NCBI GenBank assembly: GCA_014803415.1 | Contig: JAAVBZ010000023.1 | Span: 80,749-144,748 of the forward strand | From: Lachnospiraceae bacterium | GTDB taxonomy: Bacteria > Bacillota > Clostridia > Lachnospirales > Lachnospiraceae | Direction: 5' to 3' | DNA: 64,000 bases | Part shown: one piece after another, positions 29,053 through 39,534 of the stretch | Position numbering within the stretch: position 1 is the stretch's first letter | Layout: the number at the start of each line of letters is the position of its first letter | The notes under the pieces: model-generated | Seen by the model: the letters and a program-made list of their open reading frames with translations, nothing else | Told to the model about the DNA's origin: nothing | Database searches by the model: none | Program-made: the position numbers and the translations under genes

Positions 29053-30402
29053 ATGAAAAAGGTATTCAGTTTATTATTAGCAATAATGCTGATGGTTTTC
29101 GGAATGACAGCATGCGGCAATCCGGGAGGTACGGCAAAAACAGAAAATAATGAAGCGGGAAATGCGACAGGAGATCAGACAGAACAGATCAGTACAGAAG
29201 AGGGCGGTGAAATTCTGGTCTGGGTGCATATTGAATCTTGGGGAGCAGCAGCAAAAGAAGAGTTTGAAAAGAAATTTCCCGAATATACAGTAACATATGA
29301 AGTGACCAACAATCTCGATATGCTTCAGAAGTTCCAGACAACAAAAGCTTCAGGCGGCAGACTTCCTGATGTTTTATTCCTGGATCTGATGGATGGCGGT
29401 TCCGTGGTAACCAGTGATAAAGCTTCTGACCTATTTTATGATATGACAGCAGAGCCATTTAACTTGAATAAAGATGAGTTGGTTGACTGGGTAGCTGATA
29501 TCTATTCTGATAAAAATGGCAGCCTCTATGGTTTGGAGATCGGGCCTGCACCTTCTACTTATCTGGTAAGAAAGAGCATGGCGGAGAAATATCTGGGTAC
29601 AACAGATCCGGATGAAATTTCTGAAAAACTTGCATCATGGGAAGATGTAGTTGAACTGGGAAGGAGAATTAAGGCAGAGGGCAACGGAGAGGAATATCTG
29701 GCAGCCAATTTAAATGAACTGATCGGTATTCTGAAGCAGAACAGTAAAGGATTATTTGAAGGAACCAAATGTAACATTAAAGAAAATTTGAATGATGAAT
29801 TTGAAATCCTCCATACATTGGCTAGTGAAGATTTAGTGGATACATTGGAAGCAGAAGGACCGGAAATCCCGGCAGCAATGGAAAGCGATAATTATTTTAT
29901 GTGGCAATGTGCAATGTGGCAGCCACAGTGGACGTATATGGCTTCTGCTCCCAATTCTGCAGGAGAGTGGATATTAATGACAACTCCTCCCGGAGGAAAA
30001 ATGTTTGTCGGAGGCGGTATGCCCATCGTACTGCCAAAGGGATCGCAAAACCCTATGGGCGGATTTAAATTCGTTTCTTACTTTAGGGCTACCATGGATG
30101 GTTCTGCATTTACGAGAGATAATTTCGGGGATGTTTCCTTACTGAAAGAGGCATATAAGGATGACAGTTTCCACAAATCGCCACAGGCAATGATCGATTA
30201 TTTTGGAGTAGATGTTATTGCACAGTATGCAAAATATATAAGCAATACGGAAGTGCTGGAGTTAACACCATATGATAAGGTGTTGTGGAGCGATGCTGTA
30301 AAGATTGCTTTCCAGAAGTTGGAAAGCGGCGGCAGTGCACAGGAAGCAGAGCAAGCGATGGTAGATGAGTTAGTAAGAGTTTATCCGGAGATTACTCAGT
30401 AA
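29053..30402 (+). CDS. Carbohydrate ABC transporter solute-binding lipoprotein
   Basis: Lipobox MTAC, GRLPDV, NGSLYGL, SAGEW; AAAGGAG RBS. Confidence 0.9.
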   Translation: MKKVFSLLLAIMLMVFGMTACGNPGGTAKTENNEAGNATGDQTEQISTEEGGEILVWVHIESWGAAAKEEFEKKFPEYTVTYEVTNNLDMLQKFQTTKASGGRLPDVLFLDLMDGGSVVTSDKASDLFYDMTAEPFNLNKDELVDWVADIYSDKNGSLYGLEIGPAPSTYLVRKSMAEKYLGTTDPDEISEKLASWEDVVELGRRIKAEGNGEEYLAANLNELIGILKQNSKGLFEGTKCNIKENLNDEFEILHTLASEDLVDTLEAEGPEIPAAMESDNYFMWQCAMWQPQWTYMASAPNSAGEWILMTTPPGGKMFVGGGMPIVLPKGSQNPMGGFKFVSYFRATMDGSAFTRDNFGDVSLLKEAYKDDSFHKSPQAMIDYFGVDVIAQYAKYISNTEVLELTPYDKVLWSDAVKIAFQKLESGGSAQEAEQAMVDELVRVYPEITQ

Positions 30403-30418
30403 ACAGTATTTAAGTATG

Positions 30419-30451
30419 ACAGGGGGATAGACAATCGATTTATCCCCCTGT
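30419..30451 (+). terminator. Intergenic stem-loop after SBP
   Basis: ACAGGGGGATA-N11-TATCCCCCTGT. Confidence 0.65.
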
Positions 30452-30470
30452 ATTTGGGAGAAAGATATAA

Positions 30471-31379
30471 ATGACAAAAAAAAGATATACAAAATATGGG
30501 TATTTTTTCTGTATTCCATTTATAGTTTTCTTTTTAGCGTTTAATATCATTCCGCTGCTTTTCAGTATCGTAATATCTTTTACGAATTGGAATGGTATAG
30601 AAATGGCATTTACAGGATTGGAAAATTATAAACGAGTGCTGGGCGATACGAATTTTATAAAATCCATCAAGAATACATTTTTAATATTGATATTTATATC
30701 AACGCCTTTCACCATGTTTTTTAGTTTGTTGTTGACTTATTTTTTGAATTTTAAAATAAGAAAAATGTCTAAATTTGTACAGATGGTAAGTCTGATTCCC
30801 TATTTCACCTCTACGGTGGCAGTAGGAGCCATATTTTCCTTCCTATTTAACAAAAATGTAGGAATCGTCAATTCCATATTAGTCAATATCGGCTTGATTG
30901 ACTCGCCCAGTATTGATTGGCTGGGAACTCCTTTTTTAGCAAGAGTTATCGTGGTGATCATTAATCAATGGACCTATGTAGGTTATACCTGCATTTTCTT
31001 TATTGCGGGACTTACGGGAATTTCTGACGACATTCTTGAGGCTGCCAAGGTAGACGGAGCAAGGGAAGGGAAAATTTTCATCAGTATATGTCTGCCTATG
31101 CTGAAGGAAGTTCTGTATTTCGTTGTTTTAACGTCGATCATAGGTGCGTTCCAACAGTTGGAGCAGGAATATATGATGTTTAACGGAGGTATTTTCGGAA
31201 GCAATTATCCGGTAGGCGGACCTGATGGCGCTTGCCTGACCATGGGGCTGAATTTCTATAACACCAGTTTTATTTCCCTGCAATATGGCTATGGAGCATC
31301 TATCGGAATGACGAATGCGGTTATTATCGGTCTGGTGAGTATTTTGCTGATCAAATTCCTGAAAAAGGATAAGTCCTGA
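30471..31379 (+). CDS. Carbohydrate ABC transporter permease
   Basis: DILEAAKVDGA EAA loop, GLENY, TMs. Confidence 0.92.
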   Translation: MTKKRYTKYGYFFCIPFIVFFLAFNIIPLLFSIVISFTNWNGIEMAFTGLENYKRVLGDTNFIKSIKNTFLILIFISTPFTMFFSLLLTYFLNFKIRKMSKFVQMVSLIPYFTSTVAVGAIFSFLFNKNVGIVNSILVNIGLIDSPSIDWLGTPFLARVIVVIINQWTYVGYTCIFFIAGLTGISDDILEAAKVDGAREGKIFISICLPMLKEVLYFVVLTSIIGAFQQLEQEYMMFNGGIFGSNYPVGGPDGACLTMGLNFYNTSFISLQYGYGASIGMTNAVIIGLVSILLIKFLKKDKS

Positions 31380-31397
31380 GAGGAAAGGAGATAGAAT

Positions 31398-32216
31398 ATG
31401 AAAAAATTGATTGGCAATATTTTTAAGATACTGATATGTGTTTTTATCATTGGCATTGTACTGTTTCCTTTTTATATCATAATTTTAACGGGCACGTATA
31501 GCACACAGACAATGCATTTGGCAGTTACTTTAAAACCCGGAAAAGATTTTTTGTATAATTTGAAACTGGCTTATGCTGACGGCAAATTGATTTACTGGGT
31601 TTTTAATTCCTGTTATGTGGGAATTGCAAGAGCTGCGGTTACCTGCATAGTCTGCCTGATGTGCGGCTATGGCCTGACCAAGTACCAGTTTAATGGAAAC
31701 AAAGCGCTTTCAGCGATCATTATGGCAACCCTGATGATTCCCACCTCTCTGGGAATGGTTGCACTATTATATGAATTCAGACTGCTTGGCTGGATCGATA
31801 CCCATCTGCCGCTGATCTTTGCCGGTGCGGGGAGTTCCTTTGCCGTATTTTGGTTTCAGCAGACTGCTTCGGAAATACCCAATGAGCTGCTGGACAGTGC
31901 AAGGATCGACGGAAGCGGTGAGGTAAATACTTTCTTTAAGATAGCAGTGCCGATTATGAGGCCCGCCATTGCAACAATTGCGCTTATTACCTTCATCAAT
32001 TCCTGGAATGATTTTGTTATGCCGAGTATTGTGCTTCAAAATACGAAAAAATTTACGATACCCGTGGGAATGACAATTGTAAATGCACTGTACAGAACGG
32101 AACATGCACCTAAAATACTGGTAGTAGTACTTGGGATACTTCCTATTATATTGATATATGCATTATGCTCCAAACAGGTAATCAAAGGATTGACTGCAGG
32201 TTCAGTAAAGGGGTAG
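31398..32216 (+). CDS. Carbohydrate ABC transporter permease
   Basis: ELLDSARIDG, SWNDF, GLTAGSVKG. Confidence 0.92.
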   Translation: MKKLIGNIFKILICVFIIGIVLFPFYIIILTGTYSTQTMHLAVTLKPGKDFLYNLKLAYADGKLIYWVFNSCYVGIARAAVTCIVCLMCGYGLTKYQFNGNKALSAIIMATLMIPTSLGMVALLYEFRLLGWIDTHLPLIFAGAGSSFAVFWFQQTASEIPNELLDSARIDGSGEVNTFFKIAVPIMRPAIATIALITFINSWNDFVMPSIVLQNTKKFTIPVGMTIVNALYRTEHAPKILVVVLGILPIILIYALCSKQVIKGLTAGSVKG

Positions 32217-32222
32217 TCGGTT

Positions 32223-34328
32223 ATGTATCAAATAGATAACGATATTCTTACGGCGTCATTTGATGAGAATGCAGGAATAACAGGTCTTTTTGACAAAAGA
32301 TTAAACAGAGAATATATAACAGAAAAAAAAGAAATAAGTGTCTGCAGGGTAATGATGCCTAATAAAAAGTGGGATGGTCGGTTTGCCGATACTGGTAAGC
32401 AGACAGAACGGATCATAAAGCAGGAAAAAGATAAACTGATCTTTATATTTCCCCATCTTGTAGCAGAAGATGATAAAAAAACAGATGTTACACTAACAAT
32501 TCATTATCAACTGACGGGAGACGAGCTGCATACATTTTATGAAATTAATAATGATGACCGGGAAGAATATATATCGCATGTTATGTTTCCTATTGTTAGT
32601 GGAATTACGGAAAAAACACTTCGCGGGAAGCTGATCATGCCGGAACAGTCCCCCTTTGGAGATACCAGAGAAGAAGATCCCTTTGCTTACGGAGACGGAA
32701 ATCATAAAGACTGGATAAGGAGCAATAATCGAAAAATGGTTCGCTATCCGCAGCTTCTGGTGACATCATGGATGGATTACAGTGATGAGAAGGGCGGAAT
32801 CTGGTTAGAGCAGAGAAGTGAGCGCTTTGATATCTGTGATTTCGGGTTTGAGCGTCTGATCGTGAAAGACAGGGAACGTAAGGAAAAAAATACGGATTGC
32901 CTGCAGTTTGCCCTGCAGAGTTACCCGGGTGTGTTATGGCAGAAGAAGAAAAGATCGGCTCCTTTTGTTATAGGGATTCATGAGAAGGATTGGAAGATTC
33001 CGGCCATCAGGCATAGGGAATGGCTGAAAAAGCATATTCATCTGCCGCAGATACCGGAAGGATTTAAGAGAGCATTGGGATGGCACTTTTTCTTTATGAA
33101 ACAGCAGGATGGAACCGTATATTTTGATTATCATGATCTGCCGGATATGGCAGAGGCTGCCGCGCGGGCGGGGCTTCATCACATCATGGTCTTTGGCTGG
33201 TATTTTGCGGGACATGATAATGAATATCCTTTTGGATACTATACAAATAAAGAATGGGGTGGGGCAGAAATACTGCGTGAGCAGATAAGAAAATGCGAAG
33301 AAGCAGGCAGTTTTGTAATACCCTTTTTTAACGGGACACTGTTAGATATTTCTACAGAAGAATATAAGAAATACGGCTGGCGCTGGCCTGTTTTGGGAAG
33401 AACAGGAAAGCCTTATTGCGGAACCGAGTTTTCAAGGGCCAATACGGATATGGGGTTTTCCAATGCCTGTATTCCTACTACAACACGAAATATGACTCTG
33501 CTTGATATCTGTATTACAGCTGAGGAAGTAAGGTCCTTTTGGAAGGATACTGTCAAAAGAATTGTGGAAGAATACGGTTTTCATAATCTGCAGTTGGATC
33601 AGATCGCCCATAAAGCTTATGTCTGTTATGATCCGGAGCATCATCATAAAAGTCCGGAAACTGCATATACCGAAGAAGCTGCAGAACTGCTTGCCATGGT
33701 ACGGGAAATTGTCAGGACCCAGGAAAAGGAAGGCATCATGATAGGGGAAGGAATGACTGATCTGGTAATGCAGTATTGTGACGGTTTCTGGAACTGGCAT
33801 CAAGCTTATAACAAGCCGGAAATTATCCGCTACAGTGTTCCGTGGCTGAGTTATTCTCACGAGGTGGACGCCAACGAATATGATACAGTCAATCTGTGTT
33901 TTGCAGAAAGAATATTATTGGATCTGAAAATCGAGGGCGGCAATGGAATCATCACGGACTATCCCAGATTTTGTGATCATTTAAAGCAGCTGGCTTTGTT
34001 AAAGCAAGAATTGGGGCCCGCCTATATAGATGGAGAATATTTTTATCAGGACGGCCTGGAAATTACGGCAGACAGCCAAGTAGTGGTCCGTATGTACCGC
34101 AGCAGGGAAAAAGCAGCTATTGTTGCTGCCAATACGGCAGAAACAGAAAGCGAGTGCAGGATAAAAACAGCCTGGCCGTTTATGAAAGCAAGAATACTGT
34201 CTTCAAAGGAAAAGAGGTCTGTGGAGACGGAGGAAGAAGAGGCGTGGAAATTGCTACTCAGACCTTATGAAGTAATAGTAATAGAAGGAATCATAGCGGA
34301 AAACAGGAAAGAAAGACTGGAGGTATAA
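32223..34328 (+). CDS. Uncharacterised glycoside-hydrolase-like TIM-barrel protein (DUF6259-like)
   Basis: N-terminal beta domain, HEKDW, FGWYFAGHDNEYP, WGG..LRE, PFFNG, LQLDQI and IGEG (clan GH-D-like acidic positions). Confidence 0.55.
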   Translation: MYQIDNDILTASFDENAGITGLFDKRLNREYITEKKEISVCRVMMPNKKWDGRFADTGKQTERIIKQEKDKLIFIFPHLVAEDDKKTDVTLTIHYQLTGDELHTFYEINNDDREEYISHVMFPIVSGITEKTLRGKLIMPEQSPFGDTREEDPFAYGDGNHKDWIRSNNRKMVRYPQLLVTSWMDYSDEKGGIWLEQRSERFDICDFGFERLIVKDRERKEKNTDCLQFALQSYPGVLWQKKKRSAPFVIGIHEKDWKIPAIRHREWLKKHIHLPQIPEGFKRALGWHFFFMKQQDGTVYFDYHDLPDMAEAAARAGLHHIMVFGWYFAGHDNEYPFGYYTNKEWGGAEILREQIRKCEEAGSFVIPFFNGTLLDISTEEYKKYGWRWPVLGRTGKPYCGTEFSRANTDMGFSNACIPTTTRNMTLLDICITAEEVRSFWKDTVKRIVEEYGFHNLQLDQIAHKAYVCYDPEHHHKSPETAYTEEAAELLAMVREIVRTQEKEGIMIGEGMTDLVMQYCDGFWNWHQAYNKPEIIRYSVPWLSYSHEVDANEYDTVNLCFAERILLDLKIEGGNGIITDYPRFCDHLKQLALLKQELGPAYIDGEYFYQDGLEITADSQVVVRMYRSREKAAIVAANTAETESECRIKTAWPFMKARILSSKEKRSVETEEEEAWKLLLRPYEVIVIEGIIAENRKERLEV

Positions 34329-34334
34329 GGATTC

Positions 34335-35915
34335 ATGAATATGAAAAATAAACAGTTCCAAAATCCTATTTTGTCTGGATTTTATCCGGACCCTTCCATT
34401 TGCAGAGTGGGGGAAGATTATTATCTGGTAAATTCTTCTTTTGTATATTTTCCGGGACTGCCCATTTTTCACAGCCGGGATCTGGTGCATTGGGAACAGA
34501 TCGGATATGCAATAACCCGGGAAAATACCTTTGACTATCAGAATTGTGAAACTTCCCTTGGATTGTGGGCACCCACGATCCGCTATCATGAAGGAACATT
34601 TTATATTGTAAATACCTTTGTTTCGGGCGGCAGAGAAGTAAACAGAGATAATTTCATAATCACGGCCTCCCATCCGGCGGGCCCCTGGTCAAAGCCGGTA
34701 TTTATAAAAGGAGCAGACGGAATTGATCCCAGCCTGTTTTTTGACGATGACGGCAGGATGTGGTATGCAGGGAATTTTATTTTTAAAAATCCATTATATG
34801 AAGGACATCATGGAATCTATTTATGCGAATTGGACCGAAAAACCTTTCAGTTCATAGGAGAAAGAACCGTAATCTGGGATGGAAACCGTGTACGTGGAAA
34901 ATGGTCGGAGGCACCTCATATTTATAAAAAGGATGATCACTACTATTTAATGATAGCTGAAGGAGGAACCTTTGTAGAACATTCCGTGATGATGGCAAGA
35001 GCGGAAAAGATTACCGGACCTTATGAACCTTGCCCCCGAAATCCGATTTTAACACATCGGCATTTACCCCTTGATCATGTTATTTCAGTAGTAGGTCATG
35101 GAGATCTGGTAAAAACGCAGAATGACGAATGGTGGATGGTGGTACTGGGAGTAAGAAATTACCATCACCATCATTTTAATACCGGACGGGAAACTTATCT
35201 GGTGCCTATGATATGGGAAGACGGAGACTGGCCCATGGTGGGAAGTGAAAACGGTCTGGTCAATGAGAAGGAACGAATACCGGATCTGCCGGCCTTTTTG
35301 CCGATACCGAGAACTGGTTGTGATCAGTTTGAAGAAAAAGAACTGGCATTTATGTGGAATACTATACATCCGCCTGTGAGAAAATTTTATTCACTGGAGG
35401 AAAGACCGGGGTACTTGAGGATTTATCTGCAGCCGGAAATTATGGAAGAAATTTCTTCGCCGGCATTTATCGGAAGGAGACAGGAGCACAGAGAGTTTAT
35501 TCTTCGGACGGTAATGGAATTTATACCTGCTTCTGAAAAGGAAGAGGCAGGAATTTCCCTGGTGCAGGATGACAGGTATCACTATCATTTTCTGAAAGGG
35601 AAAAAAGGAGAACAACAGGTAATGCGGTTATGGAAAGTGGAAGCAGGAAATAAGACGCTGATGGCAGAGAAGGCGATCGAGAATATACAGAAAATATATT
35701 TATCTGTGGTATGCAGGACGGCAAATTATTATTTCTACTATGGATTCAGAGAAAATGAATTTTGTCCGGTGGCCGGAGAGCAGCCGGCTGAGGTGCTGAG
35801 TTCCTGGGAAAATGAAGGATTTACCGGAGCCTATCTTGGAATGTACGCCACAGCAGGCCATAGTGGCAGCGAAAATATGGCAGATTTTGACTGGTTTTTA
35901 TATGAAGCGATCTGA
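34335..35915 (+). CDS. GH43 beta-xylosidase/alpha-L-arabinofuranosidase with C-terminal beta-sandwich
   Basis: NPILSGFYPDPSICRVG, WAPTIRYH, GIDPSLFFDDDG, SEAPHIYK, GHGD, GRET, FTGAYLG. Confidence 0.93.
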   Translation: MNMKNKQFQNPILSGFYPDPSICRVGEDYYLVNSSFVYFPGLPIFHSRDLVHWEQIGYAITRENTFDYQNCETSLGLWAPTIRYHEGTFYIVNTFVSGGREVNRDNFIITASHPAGPWSKPVFIKGADGIDPSLFFDDDGRMWYAGNFIFKNPLYEGHHGIYLCELDRKTFQFIGERTVIWDGNRVRGKWSEAPHIYKKDDHYYLMIAEGGTFVEHSVMMARAEKITGPYEPCPRNPILTHRHLPLDHVISVVGHGDLVKTQNDEWWMVVLGVRNYHHHHFNTGRETYLVPMIWEDGDWPMVGSENGLVNEKERIPDLPAFLPIPRTGCDQFEEKELAFMWNTIHPPVRKFYSLEERPGYLRIYLQPEIMEEISSPAFIGRRQEHREFILRTVMEFIPASEKEEAGISLVQDDRYHYHFLKGKKGEQQVMRLWKVEAGNKTLMAEKAIENIQKIYLSVVCRTANYYFYYGFRENEFCPVAGEQPAEVLSSWENEGFTGAYLGMYATAGHSGSENMADFDWFLYEAI

Positions 35916-35942
35916 AGATAAAAGAAAATAATGGAGGCAGTT

Positions 35943-37139
35943 ATGAAAGATAAAATAGAACAGTTATTTAATAAAAACAAAGGAGTTCTGCAGTTGACAC
36001 CTACCTGGGTGCCCAGAGCTTTTAATGAGCCGGGGAGAAGACTTCGGCTTCATCCTGATGATTATTATGCATACGGAATGAAAAGAGGGGGAATCTGTGA
36101 GCGATGGCTTGGCTCCGTTACGGCGGCTCTGAACGGTCCCGATACGGAACCGGAGGAAGGTATGAGTCATGTTCTGTGCGACAGAGAGTCAAAAGAAACG
36201 CTGCTGTTTGCCGATGTAGTGGAGGCTTTGGGAGAAAGACTGATAGGACGTGAACTGTATGAAAAGTATGGAACCTGGCCCACCTTTGCAAAGCTGTATG
36301 ATTATGATAAACCGCTGTTTCATCATTTACATTTGACCGAGGAAAAGGCAGAAAGGATCGGCAGACACGGAAAACCGGAAGCTTATTATTTTCCCAGACA
36401 GTATAACGCCTATATGGGAAGGTTTCCTCTTACCTATTTTGGCTTTGATTCTACTGTGACCAAGGAAGAGGTACTTGACTGTATCAGGAATTATGATAAA
36501 TTTGATACCCGCATTACGGAGTTGTCCCGCGCATACAGGATTCAGCTTGGAACCGGATGGTATACGCCGGCAGGCGTGATCCATGCACCGGCATCCGTCG
36601 TTACCTATGAGCCTCAATGGAACAGTGATGTAAATACTATAATGGAAAATGTTACTATGGGAGAAGTCAATCCCTCTAATATGCTGACGGATTGTATTCC
36701 TGAAGAAGACAGGAATGATATCGAAAAGATTTTTGAGACCATAGACTGGGAGGAATCAGTCAGAAAGGACTATAAAGAGAAATATTTCCGGAAACCGGTT
36801 GAAAGAAAAGGATCCGGGGAAGGAATGAGCGAAAACTGGGTGGCGTATGGAAATGAATGGATAGCCGCCAAAGAAGTTACGCTTGCACCCGGATGCCGTG
36901 CGGTATTAAAAGACAGTGCCTGCTACTGTGCTTTGGTAATACAGGGATATGGTACATATGGGAGCTTTGCATGTGAAGCACCCCAGATGCTCAGGTTCGG
37001 TCAGTTTTCCGCAGATGAATTTTTTGTTTCAGAGGAAGCAGCAAAAGAAGGGATTGTCATTCAAAATAACAGCTGTTGTGAACCGCTGGTGATATTGCAG
37101 AATTTTGCCAATAATAATAAAGAGGTACCTGCTACATAA
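35943..37139 (+). CDS. Uncharacterised cupin related to type I phosphomannose isomerase
   Basis: FHHLH, GKPEAYYF, PAGVIHAP, YEPQWNSD align with PMI-I metal-ligand motifs (QVH/KPE/PAGxxHA/EIQQxSD). Confidence 0.6.
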   Translation: MKDKIEQLFNKNKGVLQLTPTWVPRAFNEPGRRLRLHPDDYYAYGMKRGGICERWLGSVTAALNGPDTEPEEGMSHVLCDRESKETLLFADVVEALGERLIGRELYEKYGTWPTFAKLYDYDKPLFHHLHLTEEKAERIGRHGKPEAYYFPRQYNAYMGRFPLTYFGFDSTVTKEEVLDCIRNYDKFDTRITELSRAYRIQLGTGWYTPAGVIHAPASVVTYEPQWNSDVNTIMENVTMGEVNPSNMLTDCIPEEDRNDIEKIFETIDWEESVRKDYKEKYFRKPVERKGSGEGMSENWVAYGNEWIAAKEVTLAPGCRAVLKDSACYCALVIQGYGTYGSFACEAPQMLRFGQFSADEFFVSEEAAKEGIVIQNNSCCEPLVILQNFANNNKEVPAT

Positions 37140-37149
37140 AGGAGGAGCT

Positions 37150-39522
37150 ATGCAGAATCAGAAAGAAAAAGAGGAAGTTGTCATTATTTTTCATAATCAT
37201 GTAGATCCTGTATGGGCGCGCTGTTTTGAAGATAATGCTTATAACGGACAATTTTTGACTAGAAGCTATATGGATATTTTTGAATGGATGCTGGAAGAGT
37301 TTATAAAATTGTCCGGGCAGGGCTTTTGTTACAGCGAAGGACAGGTTGTTTTCTGGGAGAAGTATCTGGAACGAAATCCGGAAAAAGAAGAAATGATCAG
37401 GAAATTGGTAAGAGAAGGGAACCTGGAATTTCTGCTGCAGGGATTTTTAACTTGTGACACAAATTATGTACCGGCGGAAGGAATTATCCGTAATTATCTT
37501 TTGGCGCAGCCTTTTTATAAAAAATACGGCGAGGGAAAGCCGGTGAAGCAGGCTTTTTTGTGGGATGCCTTCGGTTCCGGAGCCAATCTTCCTCAGATTT
37601 TAAAGCAGTTCGGGGCAGACAGAGTGGGAGGGACAAAATACAGGCCTTGTTTGGAAGATTACTGGGTTGGAATAGACGGAAGCAGCCTGCCCTGTATCGA
37701 TAGAAGGCTGGGATCCTGTAATCTGAATGAAAAACCGATTCTTTATGTATGTGCACGCCATCCTCATTGTCCTGTGTGTGGCGGATACGGATGTGAAAGC
37801 TGCAATGGCAGAGGAATGCTTAACAAGCACCCTTTCAGGAAAGAGGAAGTTTTGGAAGTTCTTGAACAATGTGCATCTCTTCAGGGTAAAAAGAAGTTTG
37901 TTCTGATCGGTGGAGAAGAGGTAATACCGGATGAATGTATTCCGGAAGCAGTTAATGAATTAAATGAAAAGTATAGAGATAAAGCGGAGTTCCGATTTGG
38001 TCTTCTGCAGGAATTCTGGGAAGAGTACCGGCAGGAATACCAGGCGGTCAGTGATGATCACACAGAACCGGGTAAGGAACTGAATCCTGTTAATCAGGGA
38101 GGATATCTTACCAGAATAGAAAATAAGCAAAGGATCAGAAGGGCTGTTTATTTACTGTTGCAGGGGGAAGCGGCATATGCTTCTGAATTGTTTAGAAGCG
38201 GGGAAAAACCTCATGCGCCGAAGGATATGCAGCGCGCATGGAAATATCTGCTTATGAATATGCATCATGACGCCGTATCGGGAGCACATATTGACTTTGC
38301 ACAGAGAGAACTGATGGACTACCTTAAAGAGGGAGAGAAAATCGCAGCCTCCTATTACAAGGGCGGAAAATATGGACATATCTTTGAAAGGAAGAGTCTG
38401 CTTTCCAAAGATGGGGTCCATTCTAAAAAACTGGGGCAGCTGGAAATAAAGTTTGACCTTCAGGGTATTGTATCTGTAACAAAAGGACAGGAGGATTTAT
38501 TTGGCAGGTTTATCCACAAACTGACTGCACCAAGAAGCGGCGAGGAAGAGGTAAGGATCGGAGAACTGATCATACAGGATGATATTGGAGATTTATATGG
38601 AACCTATCTGCTGGGAGAATATATTTGTCTTGGAAAATATCATTATTGTGTTATGGAGGAAAAAAACGCCATAATTTGGAGGGGCATGAGAAAAACAGGA
38701 GATACATCGGCTCCAATGCTTGAATGGGAGACCAGAGCGGAGGCTTCAAATGATGGCAAAAGATTGGACTTTACGGTCAGACTAAACGCTGAAATGAGCA
38801 ATAAGAGAGTCAGTGTGATCATACCCGTTAATGATTACAGTTCTGATAAAGCTGTCTATGAAATTCCTTTTGGTTTCATAGAACGGAGATATCTGACAAG
38901 AGAGGAAGCAGAGGAAGAGATCAGAGACTATTATGTACCTTCCCAATATGAAAGAACGGCTATCCTTCCTTTGGGGGATTATCCGGCATTGCACTGGATT
39001 CATCATGAGATCTCACCTGAAACAGGTGTGGCGGTGTTTAATAAAGGACTGCCCTGTAATTCCTATATGCCGGGCTGCTTTATCCTGGGACTTATGAGAA
39101 CACCTCAGCTGCAGGGTGTGACGGTCATGCCCCATGCAGATGAGATGTGGGATATTACTGGGGTGAAAAGCCCGGGTGAAAATATTTTTGAGTTTTCTAT
39201 CTATCCCCATTGGGAAGCCGTAAGTAACGGAGAATTGACTAAGATCGGATATCGATATAATGATGCAGAAATTAAAGTACCTTTTTGCATAGAAGGAAAT
39301 GCCCAGGTATCTGCATTTAAAGTAGCAGAGGATGAAAAAGGTTTTATTCTCAGAGTATTTGAAACAGAAGGGTGTGATTCACCTATCCGCATTATTTATG
39401 AAGGCAGAAGGTGCACCACGGTAACAAAGGCCAATGAAGAAGTCAGGGAAGAGAAGATAGAAGGAAGCGAATTTTCCTATGTGCTTCATAAGCATGAGAT
39501 TCTTTCACTGCGGATTGAATAA
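37150..39522 (+). CDS. Divergent GH38 (alpha-mannosidase family) glycoside hydrolase
   Basis: HNHVDPVW Zn motif, FLWDAFG nucleophile, MHHDAVSG, YEIPFGFIER, FKVAED..GFILRVFE. Confidence 0.8.
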   Translation: MQNQKEKEEVVIIFHNHVDPVWARCFEDNAYNGQFLTRSYMDIFEWMLEEFIKLSGQGFCYSEGQVVFWEKYLERNPEKEEMIRKLVREGNLEFLLQGFLTCDTNYVPAEGIIRNYLLAQPFYKKYGEGKPVKQAFLWDAFGSGANLPQILKQFGADRVGGTKYRPCLEDYWVGIDGSSLPCIDRRLGSCNLNEKPILYVCARHPHCPVCGGYGCESCNGRGMLNKHPFRKEEVLEVLEQCASLQGKKKFVLIGGEEVIPDECIPEAVNELNEKYRDKAEFRFGLLQEFWEEYRQEYQAVSDDHTEPGKELNPVNQGGYLTRIENKQRIRRAVYLLLQGEAAYASELFRSGEKPHAPKDMQRAWKYLLMNMHHDAVSGAHIDFAQRELMDYLKEGEKIAASYYKGGKYGHIFERKSLLSKDGVHSKKLGQLEIKFDLQGIVSVTKGQEDLFGRFIHKLTAPRSGEEEVRIGELIIQDDIGDLYGTYLLGEYICLGKYHYCVMEEKNAIIWRGMRKTGDTSAPMLEWETRAEASNDGKRLDFTVRLNAEMSNKRVSVIIPVNDYSSDKAVYEIPFGFIERRYLTREEAEEEIRDYYVPSQYERTAILPLGDYPALHWIHHEISPETGVAVFNKGLPCNSYMPGCFILGLMRTPQLQGVTVMPHADEMWDITGVKSPGENIFEFSIYPHWEAVSNGELTKIGYRYNDAEIKVPFCIEGNAQVSAFKVAEDEKGFILRVFETEGCDSPIRIIYEGRRCTTVTKANEEVREEKIEGSEFSYVLHKHEILSLRIE

Positions 39523-39534
39523 AGAGGTAGAAAA

